A DNA stretch of 64,000 nt from a virus (Duplodnaviria > Caudoviricetes), in IMG/VR virus record IMGVR_UViG_3300032288_002935, positions 748 to 64,747 of that record. One strand, given 5' to 3'. Numbering within the stretch: the first letter of the stretch is position 1; every line of letters begins with the position of its first letter. A program made the translations under genes and the position numbers. This document shows positions 28,111 to 41,500 of this stretch, one piece after another. A model generated the notes under the pieces. That model saw only the letters and a program-made list of their open reading frames with translations, was not told the DNA's origin and searched no databases.

Positions 28111-31100
28111 ATGGAAAATAAAGATGTAAAACCAACTCGTTCTGAATTAATGAAAATGGCAGTGTCAGATGTCAACATTAAAAATCAAAAGAAATTAGAG
28201 GATCCATTTAATGCAGGTAGTAAAATTATTTCTGCAAAACAATTAGATGTTGATAGATTTGGTACTTATAATTCTCAAACTTATGGGAAGTTAGGCTTTG
28301 ATCCATTTAGAGATAATAATAAATTTTATAATGAAAATACACACTGGTCTGAAGATATTGGTAGAGCAACTAGAGGTATGTTTAAACTTGCAAAAGTAGG
28401 TTTTCAAGATACTTTTGGATTTGGTGTTACAGCTGATAAAGACAATTATAAAAACTTTGAAGATGTAATGAAAAATTACTCTTCAACGCGAGGAGGTTAT
28501 ACTCAATTTTGGGCTAATACAGAATTATCTTCAGGTTACACTGTTGGTATACTTGGTGCTATTGCACTTGAAGAAGTAGGTTTAGCATTAACTACAGGAG
28601 GTCTTGGTAATATTGGTTCTTCAGGTTTAGTGGGAGCACAACTTGGAAAAGCTATGAGAAATTTAGATAAGCTTAGTAGAAGTTCAAAATACATTGATAG
28701 AATTGCAGAACTTGGTCATACAGATGAAGCAGCTAAATTTTTTAGTTATAAAGGAATTGGTCAAAATTTAGCAAAACTTGGAGAAAAATTAAACCCTATA
28801 GGCGAAACTGCAAACTTTATTAGACAAACTAAACTTGATGAATTTTCAGATTTAAATTCATTACAAAAACTTTCTATTGGTGCAGGTGCATTAGCTAAAG
28901 ATGCTAGAAAGATTTACATGACTCACAGTGAATCTAAAATGGAAGCTGAAATGGCTAGGTCTGAATTTAAAGAAAATCAAATTCAAAAAGCCAGGCTTGC
29001 AAGTCCAGATGGAAAATTAACAGATGCAGATGCGTTAAGAATTGAAACAGATGCTTCTAATGTATATAACTCAACCTATATGGGTAACTTAGGTTTGATA
29101 TATGCTACTAATGCTTTGACATTTGATAATATGTTTAAAAGCATGCGTTATAGCAATAAAATGTTTTCAATACCAGGTAAACTTACTACAACTTTAGGAA
29201 AGGATGGTCTTCTTGTTAAAGCTGTAAAAGGATTTACTGTAAAAGGTGCATTTAAAACTGGTAAAAAAGCAGTAGTTGATTTTTCACTTAAAGAGTCATC
29301 TAAAAATGCTTTAGGTTATATTGTTAAAAATTATAAAGTAGCAGGAGCTAAATTATTAGAAAAAGGTTTAGCAAATTCTGTAGAAGGTATTCAAGAATTA
29401 GGTCAAGATGTAATTTCTAATTCGGTACAATCATTTTATGGTAGAAACCATACAGGTAAACAAGTTAGAGGAGGCTTTTTAGAAAAAATGTATCAAGCTG
29501 CATCAGATTTTTCATTGCAAGATGTAGGTGAAGGTGTATTAAATATGGCCACAAAAGTAGATGAAAATGGTAATCGTGTACTAAATCAAGAAGGTTTATC
29601 AACATTTGGTTCTGGATTTTTTATGGGTTCAATTGCTTCTCCATTTGGACTTGCTATTGGAGGATTACAAAATCAAATAGTTGGTGGAGGAATAAAATCT
29701 AAATACCAATATCTTACTAACAGGGCTGAATATGTTAAAAACCAAAAAACTAAATACAAAGAAGCTGCAGCTAAAGCAAAAATTCTTACTAAAATTTTTA
29801 ATGACAATTTAGGTGCGTATCTTGATCATACATCTAATCCTTTAGTTACTCAAACTGAATTACAAGAAGAAATTTTAGATGCTGCTGAAAAAGGAGATAA
29901 GAAAAAATTTGAAGATAAAAAGAATGATTCTTTCCAACAAGGTGTAAAAACAATGTTGAGAAATAACAGTGAAGGTATGTTTACTGATTTTCTTGATGAC
30001 ATGGCTAGTAACTATACTCCAGAGCAATTAAATCAAGCAATGGGTAGAACAGATATTACTTCTGAAAATGTTGCTTCTTACAAAGCTAAATTGCAAGCTA
30101 AATCCGCAACTATTAAAGAACTTAGAAAAGTTTATGATAGAGTTAATAATGAAGTTATTAATCCTGTTAGACAAAGTGATATTGATAGACTTGATGCATC
30201 TGATCCAGAACAAAGAAAAGAAAAATTAGATTTAATGATTTATAAAAAAGCTTGGGATAATCTTAAAGATGAGCTTTTATTTAATCATGGTAAAATTGCA
30301 AATAAAGCTCAAAGAATGATTGAGCTTGAAAAACAATTAAAAAAAGAAACTGATTTGGCTCCAACTGAAATTCAGGCTTTAATTTCTAAAGAAAGTTTGT
30401 CAAAAGAAATTAAAATATTAGAAACTCAGGTTGAAGCAAATAAAAATTTAAACTTAAAAGGCAGAGATGCCAAAGATGCAAAAGTTGCTGAACAAAAGTT
30501 TGAAGCTTTAAAGAAATATCAAACAGCTTTAGCTGCTATTGAAAAAGCAGAAAGTGCAAGTAAAACAAATATAAATGATATTGATGCAGCTTATTCAGAT
30601 TTATTTGAAGCGTATCATGAATTTAGAACTATTGATGAGGAGTATGGTAATTTTTATGGTACAATGGAACCAGAAGAAGTTAAACGTGCTATTAGTAGAA
30701 AATCATTTGATGCAATAGTTGATTATTTAGATTTAAAAGCAGAATCTCAAGCATTACAGAGTGTTGTAAATACTTTAGTTGATACAAGATCAGCAAGTAT
30801 GTGGGTTGAAAGAAATGCTGAAATGATGGCAAATCTTGATAAAAATAAAGAAACACATATTGCAAATCAATTAAAAGCTTTTCATCAACAAGCATCATCA
30901 AGTGAGATGCTTACAGAATTACAAGAGGCTGGATTATTTTTTGATTTAAATGAAATAGATGATTTAGTTGAAAAAGGTATTATGCCTTCTCAGATTTATA
31001 ACATTGAAACAAATAAACCTGCTTCTAAAGAAGAGTACCAAAAAGCTCAAGATTTAATTTCTTCATTTTACAAAAACCTTACAGGTAAATCAATTACTCA

Positions 31101-34100
31101 AAACAAAGCAGTTCAATCTAAAACAAGTTTAAGATATGAATCTGACAAAAGAATGGTTGAAGACTTGATGACTCAATATGGAATTGAGTTAGACAAGGAG
31201 ATGGATTTATCTGATCCGGCTCAATTAACCAAACTGATTAAAAAACTTAAAGCTAGTAAGTATTTAACATACATTGATAAAGAGATACTTGATGTTGTTT
31301 CAGATTCTACACCAAAAATTAAATTTACTACTTCTGGAGAGTTTCCAATAGAGATAAGTGAAGATGGTGTAATTACAATTGATTTAAGATATGCAGGACA
31401 TGACTACAAAAATGCTTCTGTAAATTTTGAAACACTTATTTTATCTGCTTTAACACAGGCTAAATTAACTGACAATTTAGAAAATAACAAAGCTTTAAAA
31501 ACAGAGGTTGATGTTTTGATGAACCAGGCAAAAGAAGCTTTTGCTAAAAAGTATCCAAACACTGATGTAGAAAAAATTTCTATGTTAAACAACACAGCTG
31601 AATTTTTATCTGAGTCTTTAAATAATGCATCATTTCAAAAATTCTTAGGAGGTATAAATGATACTGTTTCCGGTACTAAAAAATCTTTATGGACATCTTT
31701 GATGGCTAAGATTATGAAAGCATTTGGACAAACATTTGATAAATCTGTATTACAAAGAGCTGTTAGTTTAGCTAACATGGCTTTAGATGAAAATGTAGTA
31801 GATTCTATTGATGAAAAGAATGATGCTACAGAAACTACCGAAACAGAAGAAGAACCTGAACCGGTTAGTTCTGTAGAAAAGCATGGCTATAAACTTATGG
31901 AAGTTGTTCCAGGTGTATGGCAAGTTACAGGTAAAGGTGAAGTAAAAGCATTTGATACTAAAGAAGAAGCTGAAGCTTACTTTAATGAGAAAGCCGTGCC
32001 TCCAACTAAAACTGTAAAACAAACAGTTAAAGAAAAAGTTACAAGAACTGTTACATTAGGTAACACTGACTTTATTAAGAATGCTTTTGAAAGACCTGAT
32101 ATTTTTGGTGAATTTTTACATCCTGAAGTAGTTTCTAAAAACAAACAACTAGTTGATGATTGGACTCAAAAAATTGTTGCTCTTGGTACTGAATTAGATG
32201 CCGCAGGTATAACTGATTGGAATTATGGAAATGTTCGTGTTGATATTGATGGTAGATTAGTAATTGATGTTACAGCTGAAGTAAATGGTAAGCAAGTTAA
32301 GTTTTTAATGTATAAATCTACTGGAACTGGTTCCACTGCTTTATCTCTTGGCGAATGGGTTCCATTAATTGCAATTGGTACACATCCTGATGGAAAAGAA
32401 TGGTTTGTAAAAGCTTATCATGAAGGTCAAGATCCAAAGTTTAACAAGTACGGAAGTCAAACATTTGCTTCTATAGATCAAGATCTTAAAAACAAAGAGA
32501 AAGAATTATTCAAAGGTAAAAAATCAACTCAGGAAATTGAAGAAGAAGTTGAAAGAGAAATTGATGTAGAAGTACCAGCTGATACAGAAGAAACTCCAGA
32601 AGAAGTTAATCAAAGAATTCTTGATGAAGAAAATGAATTAAAGAATGAAATTAATTCAAGAAGAGAATTGCTTAAAAGAATTAATGAGCAAATCAGTTCT
32701 ACATCTAAAATGAATCTTAGAAAGCGAATTAAACTTGGTAATCAAAAGAAAGATATTTTGCTTGAGATTAAATCTTTACAAGAGAAGTTAGATTTTACTT
32801 ATGGTGCATCATCTGTTATTTCTCCTGCTGGTTCAACTGAAACGCCTGGTCAAGTTCCAGTGCAAAATGAACCGGAATATGATTTAAATGACAATGTAAT
32901 TATTACTCAGAATACTCCATTTTTATTACTGCCTTATAAATTACAAGAAGATTTATTGGAACAACATAGAATGGATGTAGGTGCAACTGCTGTAGGTGCA
33001 ATTAGATTTAAATACAAAGACTTAATTAAAGAGTTAGAGTCTTTGAACATGGCTATGAGTCAAGCTCAAGATGATGAGTTAGATGCATTAGATGAGAAAT
33101 TTGGTGAGGTTTATGATAAACTTACAAGTCAGGTTGGTCCTAATGTAAACATTAATCTTAATGAACAAGGTAAGATAGAAGTTAGTACTGTTAAGAAGGA
33201 CACAGACGCAACTGCTGATGAAATTGGTGCTATAGAATCTAAGATGGCTAATGATATTAGTTACATGAGAACTATTATTGAATACAATAAATCTCTTGAA
33301 AGTAATGAGCCAGATACTACAGTAGATACAACTTATCCTCAAGATACTCCTGTACTTACTACAGAGGAAGAACTAGAGAGAGCTAAACGTATCAAGCAAG
33401 AAGTTATTGATAAAGCAAAAGAAACAGTAAGAGCTAGACGTTTAGCAAGACAAAAATCTTTTGTTCCTATTACTGTAGATGAAAGAGAATCTGTAGTTGA
33501 TTTGTTGAAAAAGACATTTAAAGATGACTTTGATATACTGACTAAATCTGAATTGGATTACTTGGTAGATAGCATGTTGAGTGATAGTAAATCTTTCCAA
33601 TTTAAAATCCCTGATGCTATTGCTTTCTTGAATAAAAAGAAATTGGATTTAGAGGCGCGTTCACAGTTTGATTTTATAAATGAGCAATTCAGTGAAGAGT
33701 TATCTAAACTGCGTGCAGAAGAACGTGCAGAAGCTATCAAAGGTTATCAGAAAGATATATTTGAAGAAATGGTTGATAACCGTTTTGATTATAACTATGA
33801 CTTTATTGAAAGTGGTGTAAAAAGCAAGAAAATTTTTAGTGTTACCTACAATGGTAAAACTCATAAATTTACTTTATCTCCTAAAGAGTTCAGAGCACTT
33901 GCTTTATACAATAATGATATTTTCAAAAAAGCAGACAGCAAAGAAAATTTGTTAATTCAAATTCATACTGTTTTAAGAAATGTAAAGTATTATGCTAACA
34001 GCTATAAAAAGGAATTAAAGTTTGAAGGTACTCCTCAAGAGGTTGAAGACCAACTTATTGAAATGTATTTCATGTTAGGTAAAAAAGGTGTATTGTTGCC

Positions 34101-35499
34101 GTCTGTAGTAAGAGCAATAAACTATGCGTTGTACAATGCTAAAGTGAAATTGACAATAGTTGAAAGCAATGCATTAACTGGTCAAGCATATAGCATTGAA
34201 GCAAGAGAAAGTGTTGCAAAAAAAGAACAACCTAAAACAAAGTTGGCTGTATCAAAAGAAATACTTTCAAATTTTGTTCATGAAAGTGGATCTATATCAA
34301 GTGAGTTATGGCAAGAAGCTTTAATTGCTGAATGGTTTTTTAACCCTGAACACAGACTTCATCCTGATTTTGTAACTAATGATATAGCCAGAGGTAAATC
34401 TGAAAAAATTGCTTATAAGAGTTTTTTATCAAATAAATCTGATGTTACCACTGCTTCTGAATTAGCTGATCAAGCTGGTCAAGATTTTCAAGATAGATTA
34501 CAAAATGCTGATATATCTTTAGTAGAAGCCGTGTCAAGACTATTTGGTGAATACACTACTATTAGTGATATGGTAAACGGTATTGCTGAAAGAATTGCAG
34601 GTCAACAAGAAGATCTTGATGCAGATTTTAATCAACAATTAGAAGATGAAAAAAAGTATAAAGAATTTTTAGCTTCAGCTTTAGCCGAAGAAGAAAATGA
34701 CAGACAAAAAGAATACATGAATTCTTTGGAATACAAAATTGAAACTGGTAATCTGGATACTGAAAATTTAGATTATAATTCTTTAACTGAATACCAAAAG
34801 TTTTTGTATGACAGAGCTGTAGAAGCAGGATGGTATCCTTCAAAAGAAAATCCATCTGAAAAGAAACCTGAACAAAAACCTATTGATTTATTTGAGGAGG
34901 GTTTAAATGAAATGGCTGCTAAACAAACTTCAATTGATAAAGAAGAAATAGCTGTTCGTACTGAGTTGAGGGAAATAAAAGATTCTTTTGATAAACAGAA
35001 AGCACTGTTGGCTAAAATTAGTGATATAAACAATGATGCTAACTTAAAGATGTTTATTGCAATTTACAAAATTATAAATGATGAGCCTGCATTAAATGTT
35101 TTTAATGAACAACAAAGAAATATTTTAAATGACAGATTAAGTAAAAGACTTAAACAAGGTGCATTTATTGGACAATCTGTTTCACTTAATGACAAAATAT
35201 TCCAGATAGTTTCTTATGATGTAAACAATCAAACTGTGGAGATTGCTGACATTAAAACAGGTGAGATGGAAATCATCCCTTTTACAGATTTTGCAAATAT
35301 CAAAGATGTTCATGAAGTAGGTCAAGAGATAACAAATTCAAAATTAAACACTGAAGTAAAAGACCAAGAAATAGAAATAATTAAAGATGCCTATAAGGAT
35401 ATTTTTAGTAATTTTACAGCTAATGTTTCTGAATATGAAACTATTGAAGATGCTGATTTAAAATCAAAAATAATTGAACAATTAACAAAATGTAAATGA
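28111..35499 (+). CDS. Giant virion protein 1 (RNAP-associated ejection protein) with hydrophobic helices and a degenerate zincin-like domain
   Basis: 2462 aa. Gly-rich hydrophobic segments (GYTVGILGAIALEEVGLALTTGGLG; FGSGFFMGSIASPFGLAIGGL), 'EGIQELGQ', and EFLSESLNNASFQKFL. The only Cys seen is at the penultimate position. Confidence 0.7.
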   Translation: MENKDVKPTRSELMKMAVSDVNIKNQKKLEDPFNAGSKIISAKQLDVDRFGTYNSQTYGKLGFDPFRDNNKFYNENTHWSEDIGRATRGMFKLAKVGFQDTFGFGVTADKDNYKNFEDVMKNYSSTRGGYTQFWANTELSSGYTVGILGAIALEEVGLALTTGGLGNIGSSGLVGAQLGKAMRNLDKLSRSSKYIDRIAELGHTDEAAKFFSYKGIGQNLAKLGEKLNPIGETANFIRQTKLDEFSDLNSLQKLSIGAGALAKDARKIYMTHSESKMEAEMARSEFKENQIQKARLASPDGKLTDADALRIETDASNVYNSTYMGNLGLIYATNALTFDNMFKSMRYSNKMFSIPGKLTTTLGKDGLLVKAVKGFTVKGAFKTGKKAVVDFSLKESSKNALGYIVKNYKVAGAKLLEKGLANSVEGIQELGQDVISNSVQSFYGRNHTGKQVRGGFLEKMYQAASDFSLQDVGEGVLNMATKVDENGNRVLNQEGLSTFGSGFFMGSIASPFGLAIGGLQNQIVGGGIKSKYQYLTNRAEYVKNQKTKYKEAAAKAKILTKIFNDNLGAYLDHTSNPLVTQTELQEEILDAAEKGDKKKFEDKKNDSFQQGVKTMLRNNSEGMFTDFLDDMASNYTPEQLNQAMGRTDITSENVASYKAKLQAKSATIKELRKVYDRVNNEVINPVRQSDIDRLDASDPEQRKEKLDLMIYKKAWDNLKDELLFNHGKIANKAQRMIELEKQLKKETDLAPTEIQALISKESLSKEIKILETQVEANKNLNLKGRDAKDAKVAEQKFEALKKYQTALAAIEKAESASKTNINDIDAAYSDLFEAYHEFRTIDEEYGNFYGTMEPEEVKRAISRKSFDAIVDYLDLKAESQALQSVVNTLVDTRSASMWVERNAEMMANLDKNKETHIANQLKAFHQQASSSEMLTELQEAGLFFDLNEIDDLVEKGIMPSQIYNIETNKPASKEEYQKAQDLISSFYKNLTGKSITQNKAVQSKTSLRYESDKRMVEDLMTQYGIELDKEMDLSDPAQLTKLIKKLKASKYLTYIDKEILDVVSDSTPKIKFTTSGEFPIEISEDGVITIDLRYAGHDYKNASVNFETLILSALTQAKLTDNLENNKALKTEVDVLMNQAKEAFAKKYPNTDVEKISMLNNTAEFLSESLNNASFQKFLGGINDTVSGTKKSLWTSLMAKIMKAFGQTFDKSVLQRAVSLANMALDENVVDSIDEKNDATETTETEEEPEPVSSVEKHGYKLMEVVPGVWQVTGKGEVKAFDTKEEAEAYFNEKAVPPTKTVKQTVKEKVTRTVTLGNTDFIKNAFERPDIFGEFLHPEVVSKNKQLVDDWTQKIVALGTELDAAGITDWNYGNVRVDIDGRLVIDVTAEVNGKQVKFLMYKSTGTGSTALSLGEWVPLIAIGTHPDGKEWFVKAYHEGQDPKFNKYGSQTFASIDQDLKNKEKELFKGKKSTQEIEEEVEREIDVEVPADTEETPEEVNQRILDEENELKNEINSRRELLKRINEQISSTSKMNLRKRIKLGNQKKDILLEIKSLQEKLDFTYGASSVISPAGSTETPGQVPVQNEPEYDLNDNVIITQNTPFLLLPYKLQEDLLEQHRMDVGATAVGAIRFKYKDLIKELESLNMAMSQAQDDELDALDEKFGEVYDKLTSQVGPNVNINLNEQGKIEVSTVKKDTDATADEIGAIESKMANDISYMRTIIEYNKSLESNEPDTTVDTTYPQDTPVLTTEEELERAKRIKQEVIDKAKETVRARRLARQKSFVPITVDERESVVDLLKKTFKDDFDILTKSELDYLVDSMLSDSKSFQFKIPDAIAFLNKKKLDLEARSQFDFINEQFSEELSKLRAEERAEAIKGYQKDIFEEMVDNRFDYNYDFIESGVKSKKIFSVTYNGKTHKFTLSPKEFRALALYNNDIFKKADSKENLLIQIHTVLRNVKYYANSYKKELKFEGTPQEVEDQLIEMYFMLGKKGVLLPSVVRAINYALYNAKVKLTIVESNALTGQAYSIEARESVAKKEQPKTKLAVSKEILSNFVHESGSISSELWQEALIAEWFFNPEHRLHPDFVTNDIARGKSEKIAYKSFLSNKSDVTTASELADQAGQDFQDRLQNADISLVEAVSRLFGEYTTISDMVNGIAERIAGQQEDLDADFNQQLEDEKKYKEFLASALAEEENDRQKEYMNSLEYKIETGNLDTENLDYNSLTEYQKFLYDRAVEAGWYPSKENPSEKKPEQKPIDLFEEGLNEMAAKQTSIDKEEIAVRTELREIKDSFDKQKALLAKISDINNDANLKMFIAIYKIINDEPALNVFNEQQRNILNDRLSKRLKQGAFIGQSVSLNDKIFQIVSYDVNNQTVEIADIKTGEMEIIPFTDFANIKDVHEVGQEITNSKLNTEVKDQEIEIIKDAYKDIFSNFTANVSEYETIEDADLKSKIIEQLTKCK

Positions 35500-35500
35500 T

Positions 35501-38500
35501 ATGAATATTTGTATTACTCCGGAGTCAATAAAGCTTTTTAGTGCTTATTTTAAAAAAGAAATTCCAAATCATTTTACAAATGAAATCTCTGCAAATGCCT
35601 TATTAAACAAACTGTTTGATAAGGCAATTTCTGATTTTAAGAACATGGGTTTAACCGAAGAGAGAACGCGTGAATTAATATTACAACATCTTTCTGTTGC
35701 ACCTCAAATTATTAAAAAATACATTGGTGAAAATCCATCTGCTAATAACCCAAAATTATTAGACAGTGTAAATCTATTAAGTGGAATAATTTATGATGCT
35801 TCTCAATCAGATAACAAAAGTGATTTTCAAAATGCAATTAATAGTCTTGGACAAATTATTGGTAAATCAACTTTGGTTATTCCAGCTGCTCCAGTGGGTA
35901 ATGATTTTAATGCAGTTTCTTTTGAACTACTTAAAACAGCTAATCAGGAAATGATTTATGAACCAGGTGTTGGCTATAGAAACAACATAACTGATCCTGA
36001 AAAACAATTTGAATTTGAAGTACAAAGAGCAATCATTGCTTCTGGTAATGCGGATAATTTACAATTAAAACTTGTACAACAAAGTGAGTTAAAAAATATT
36101 AATCAGATTAACAATACAAATAAGGATACTAATCCTGACACTTATGTTTTGGTTCCGGTTGACTCTTCAGGTAAAATTGTAAGATTTGTTGATGGAAAAG
36201 TTAATGAGGATGGCTCAACTCCTGTTTTTGTTCTTAGACAAACAATGAAAGAATTTGATTATCTGCTTAAAGAAAAAAGCGATATTTATATTTCTCAAGG
36301 AATGTCACCAGCACAAGCTTTTGCTAAAGCAAGACAAGAGATTCAAGGACATCTTGAGTTTATTGCTAATTTAAAAAAGGATCATGCAGCAGGCAAAACT
36401 GTAAACTTTTCTATTAGTCTTGCAAACAGTTTGATGGGATTAGTTGTAGAAAAATTGGATAGAAAAACAAGTATGCGTTCTATAACCAATATTGATGAAG
36501 TTCCAATTCATATTAAAAGAAAAGGTACACAAACTATAGCTGTAATGCATGTTCCTTTATCTGGTAGACAAGTTTTACCAAATGAAAAACCCATGTATGA
36601 AAATTCAATGATGGATGTTACGGATGAGGAGTTAGACATTCTTACAAAATTGATCACTGAACCTAAATTAAAAAAATCAGGAATAAAAAGAAAGACTGGT
36701 GAATCTTATATGTCTGATATGCGATTTGAAGAAAGACAAAATGCAGTTTACTTTTTTCATAGAAATGCAGAAGAATTTATTTTTTATCAGAAAAAAGAAT
36801 TTGATAAGTTGACTAAAAAAACAAAACAGTCATATTTTATTAGAATTAAAAATGAAGTAATTGAAGCTACTGCAGAAAATGCTGAACAAATTAAACAGGC
36901 TTTAAAAACTTATTTTACAACAAGATCAAGTGAGTTATATGCATATTCTACTGATTTTACAAATGTTACTCCAAAAGAATCTTTTGAAAAGACTACTGAT
37001 GTAGGTCAAGTTTTTTATGGAGAAGATGGAAGAGTTTATATAACTACTGGACCAAAAAGAAATTTAAATATTCTTAATGAAACAGATGTGGAGTCAATGA
37101 TTAATGTGCCTACTTCTGTTGTTGATGGTGTGGTTACTCTTGTATCTAAATCTATAAGAAACCATATTATTGATAACACTAAAACTACAATTATTACAAA
37201 TGGTAATAATGAGTTGAGAGGGTACTCTTCATACTTAGCTTTAGGTTATACTGCTGAAGATGCATCTGAAGCTATGATTGACGATAGTGTTGAACCATTA
37301 TTTAGAACACTGGCCGAAACTAACTTGGAAACTGAGCCAACAGAAAAACAAAAAGAAGATGCAATGACATGGTTTAAAAACCATCCATTGTTTAAAGTGT
37401 TAAGTCTTAATGAAACTTTAAGAAATAAAATTCATGAAAAAGGTCCTAGTTTTGTTGCTGAGTTTGTAAATAGCTCAATCAATTTGTATTTAGGTTCTAA
37501 CAACACGGATATATACCATGAAGCTTTCCATGCTTTTACTCAATCTATTTTAACTTCACAGGAAAGAAAAGCAATGTATTCTGAGATAGCTAAAACTCCT
37601 GGTACATTTAAAGTAACAGTGCTTGGAAAAGCTAAGACTGTTAAATTTTCTGAAGCCAATGAGCTTGAGATAGAAGAATACTTGGCTGAAAAATTCAGAG
37701 AGTATTCAATGAATCGCGGTAAGTCAAAATTATCTGTAAGAATAAAACAGTTTTTTGATAAAGTATTAAATATGCTTCAGGGTATGTTTGGTAAAAACAT
37801 GACATACAATGAAGCAATTGCTCTTAATAAATCAGCAGGTGTTGTAAACAACATGTTTAATGCTTTGTATGAAGGAAATATTGATATTAGCAAATTCAAT
37901 CCTGAAGCAACAAAAACTGCTTTGTATAAATCAACAGAGATTAATTTTCCAGATGTAGATTTTTCAATTGAACAAATAAGTGTTTTAATGGAATCTATGC
38001 AATCACTTATGAGTGATTTTATTAATCTTGGTATTAATGGTTCAAGCAATAGAAAAGTAAATACACTTGTTGTAAATTTATTATTAGAATCTTCACAGGT
38101 AAAAGTTGATTCTAAAAGACACAAGAAAATTTTTGAGGAAATTGACAAGTTAAATAAAAGCCATGGTGTAGTTAATGGCTATGGTGCATTTGCAATTGCT
38201 AAAAATCCTAAAATTTTAGAACTTGCTCTTACTTATGTTAAAAACAGATTGGAGCAACAAAAGAAATTAATGAAGCCTCTTTCTAAAGATGATGATGGTT
38301 TTGCATTAGACACATTGACTAAAGCTTTAAAAGCATTTGGAGATGTAACTGAACCTAAATTATACTTAGATGAAGCTGAGAATTCAAACTTAATAAGTTT
38401 GTATTTAAATAACTACAGTAATATTAATGTTCAACAAGAAACATTAGATTATTTTGATAGCCTGGATGATGTAGAAAGAGGTATTAAATTTACATTTGGA

Positions 38501-41500
38501 TTAACAGGTACTGAACAATCATTGGCTGAAGTAACTGATGAGCAAACTAGAGAAATGCTTAGTACTATTCATGCACATGCAAACAATGGTAAAGGTGCTA
38601 TATTAGTGAATTCATTAGGTATTAAAAAAGTACAACCATTTATTCAGATGCTTGCTAAAACAAGTAAGATATTACGCAACACTACTGATAGAGTAGAGAT
38701 GTATAATAAATTAATGGCTGCTGCTAAAACTGATTATGAGATTGCTCAAATTGTAAACAAACTTGGTAACATTAATAATCCTGAAATTACAACTGAGGAA
38801 CAAAAAGCTTGGTTGAATTTTTGGCAGGTAATGAATAAAACAGATTTGTTCTTAAGAGAATTTATTATTGAGAAAGTTGTTGATACAGATAGAAAAACTA
38901 AAGAGAAAACAGCAACTTTAGAAGCAAGATCAGGTAGATCTAAATCTGCAGAAAGCAGAGTTGGAAAAGACTGGGCTGACAATTTTGTGTTTGTTTCTCA
39001 CAATAGCCCTTACTTTAGTGAAACTAAAGATGGTGAAGCTTATTTAAAGTTTGATAAAGATTCTCAAAAATATGATCTGGTAGAAGATTATGAAGAAAAA
39101 GGATTTGGATTGATTTCAGGAACTGAAGATAGTCCTGAGTTCATTACAAGTTTAGATGAAAGAATTAATAAAACTGATGTTTATACAGGTAAATTATTCA
39201 AAGCATCTGCTAATCCTTTTGAGTTTTTAAATCATATTGGTATTGACTTAGTTCAAGATCCGGTTGTATTAGATATTTTACTTAATGGTCATGCTGGTTT
39301 AGATATTCAAACTGGTATTGTTGACAACATCATGAAATCATTAATGAATAGACAAACGGCTGTTAATGAAAATAATAAAAAAGTAACTGAACTTTCTCAA
39401 TTATTCAGTGACTTTGAATACATAAATGCAAATGGAGAAAAAGTTAAACAAGAAGGTTTAAATGGTTGGTTCAATCAATTGCAGAAATTACAATACATGT
39501 TCTCTGATGAAAACTCAAGTTCAATGGGTAAAAATGCTGAAGGAGAAAACCAAAGTGAAAAGTCATATAACTCTTCATTGAGTATGATGGTTACTGCTTT
39601 GAATGATGCTAAACACTATGATGAAATTTTAGAAGGTTCTGGATTAGAAATTTTTAATGTTAAAACAAATCCATTTGCAGCGGCTTCTCCTTGGTTAGTA
39701 AACATGTTTAATTTGGAATCTCCAAATGCTGCTGTTAGAGGTACAAGGAATAAGAACTTTAAGATAACAGTTGAAAGTTTATCAGGTTCTAAAATTATTT
39801 ATCAGAGTGAGGATAAAGGTGTATCTACACTTGGTCTTGATGAGAAAGCTAAATTTTTAAGTGACTTTCATTTAACGCTAGAAGGTAAACAAGAAATTTT
39901 AAGAACAGCTGACAAATCTACATCTTTAACTGCACATGCTCCGGTAAACAAGAATGGAAGAATTATTAAAAATGAATTAGAAGTCACTAAAGAAGATATA
40001 AATAAAATATTTTCTCCTGAATATGATGCAAATAAAAATTCTACAATTTTATATGATCAGTTTTTTAGACACATTGAAGCGGAACTTGTAAGAATTTCTA
40101 GAATGAATGACATTACTGAAGATTTAGAATCTGAAGGTGAGATTGTTTTTGATGCAGCTTATTTAAAAAGAGGCCGTGACTTTTACATGTTTGCAAATAT
40201 TCTTACCCCAGCTACAAAAAAAGCATTATTAGAACTTAAAATTTCAGACTCTCAATCTGCAGACATTAATAACACTAGAGTTCTTAATAAACTTATCAGT
40301 GCTGAATTTAAAAAGGTAATTGACAAAGAAATAAAAGCTTATTTTGAAAAAAGAAGTGATGGTTTATTTAACAGAAAAAATAAATCTTTAGTCATTGCTG
40401 GTTCTGCTCTTAAAACTTTTCAAAAAAATTCTGAAGAGGAAGAAGATGTTACAAGAAAAAGAATGTTTAGAACATTTACTATAAACAACTTTATTCAAAA
40501 TGCAAATTTTGCTACATTGTTTATTGGTGATGCAGCTATACATGATGTAAGAGGAGAAGGTTATCATAAACGTATTGCAGGTTTAATTTCAACTGGTAAA
40601 ATATTTGCTAATGATTCTGCATTCTTAGCACATGTAAACAACCCAAACTTTAATGCTTTTGGTTTTGCTGAGAAACATAACAATGCTATTACAGGTAGAA
40701 CTTATAACGGTTATATTAACTCTGCTGTTATTAAAGAAAAGAAATCAGTATCCGCATACTTGCAACAATACTCAGAACTAATTGATGCAAAAGATTATGG
40801 TGCTGAAAATAAAATGAAAGAAGCAGATGGTGCTGGTTGGATTTCATTTGACATGTACAGAATTTTAAATTTAGCATGTGGTGAGTGGAGTGACCAACAA
40901 GAAACTTTGTATAACAAAATGCTTGCAGGTGAAAAAATTTCTGAAGAAGATGCTAAGATTACTTTTCCAGTTAGAAAGTTTCAATACTATGGACAGGTAA
41001 ATAATAAAGATGCTACTTACAATTTACAGATGATGGCTTTTCATAAGTATTCTTTAATGCCATTGATACCATCATTGATAAAAGGAACACCTTTACAAGA
41101 TCTTCATGAAAGTATGTTAAAACAAGGAGTGGATTATGTTACTATGGAATCTGGTTCTAAACTTTCTTCAATTTCTAAAGTTGAAATGAAAGATGGAAAA
41201 GTTGTTTCAAAATTTGATGACTTTTATGATGATGAAAGAAAAACAAATGACATTGAGTTTACTGTAAATCAAATACACTCAAAGTATTTAAAAAATCAAA
41301 TTTATTTAGCTCCTGGTTATAAAAATCATATTACTTTACCTACTCAAAAAAGAAAGATGATTGCTCTTGGTTTGTTCAATGATGAGCAAATACCAACAGA
41401 TTTTAAACCAAATCTTTCTAAAGATGAAAGAAAAATTAAATGGGAGTCACTTAAAACTGATTCTAAGAAAAGAGCAGCTTCTAAGAATTATGACTGGTAT

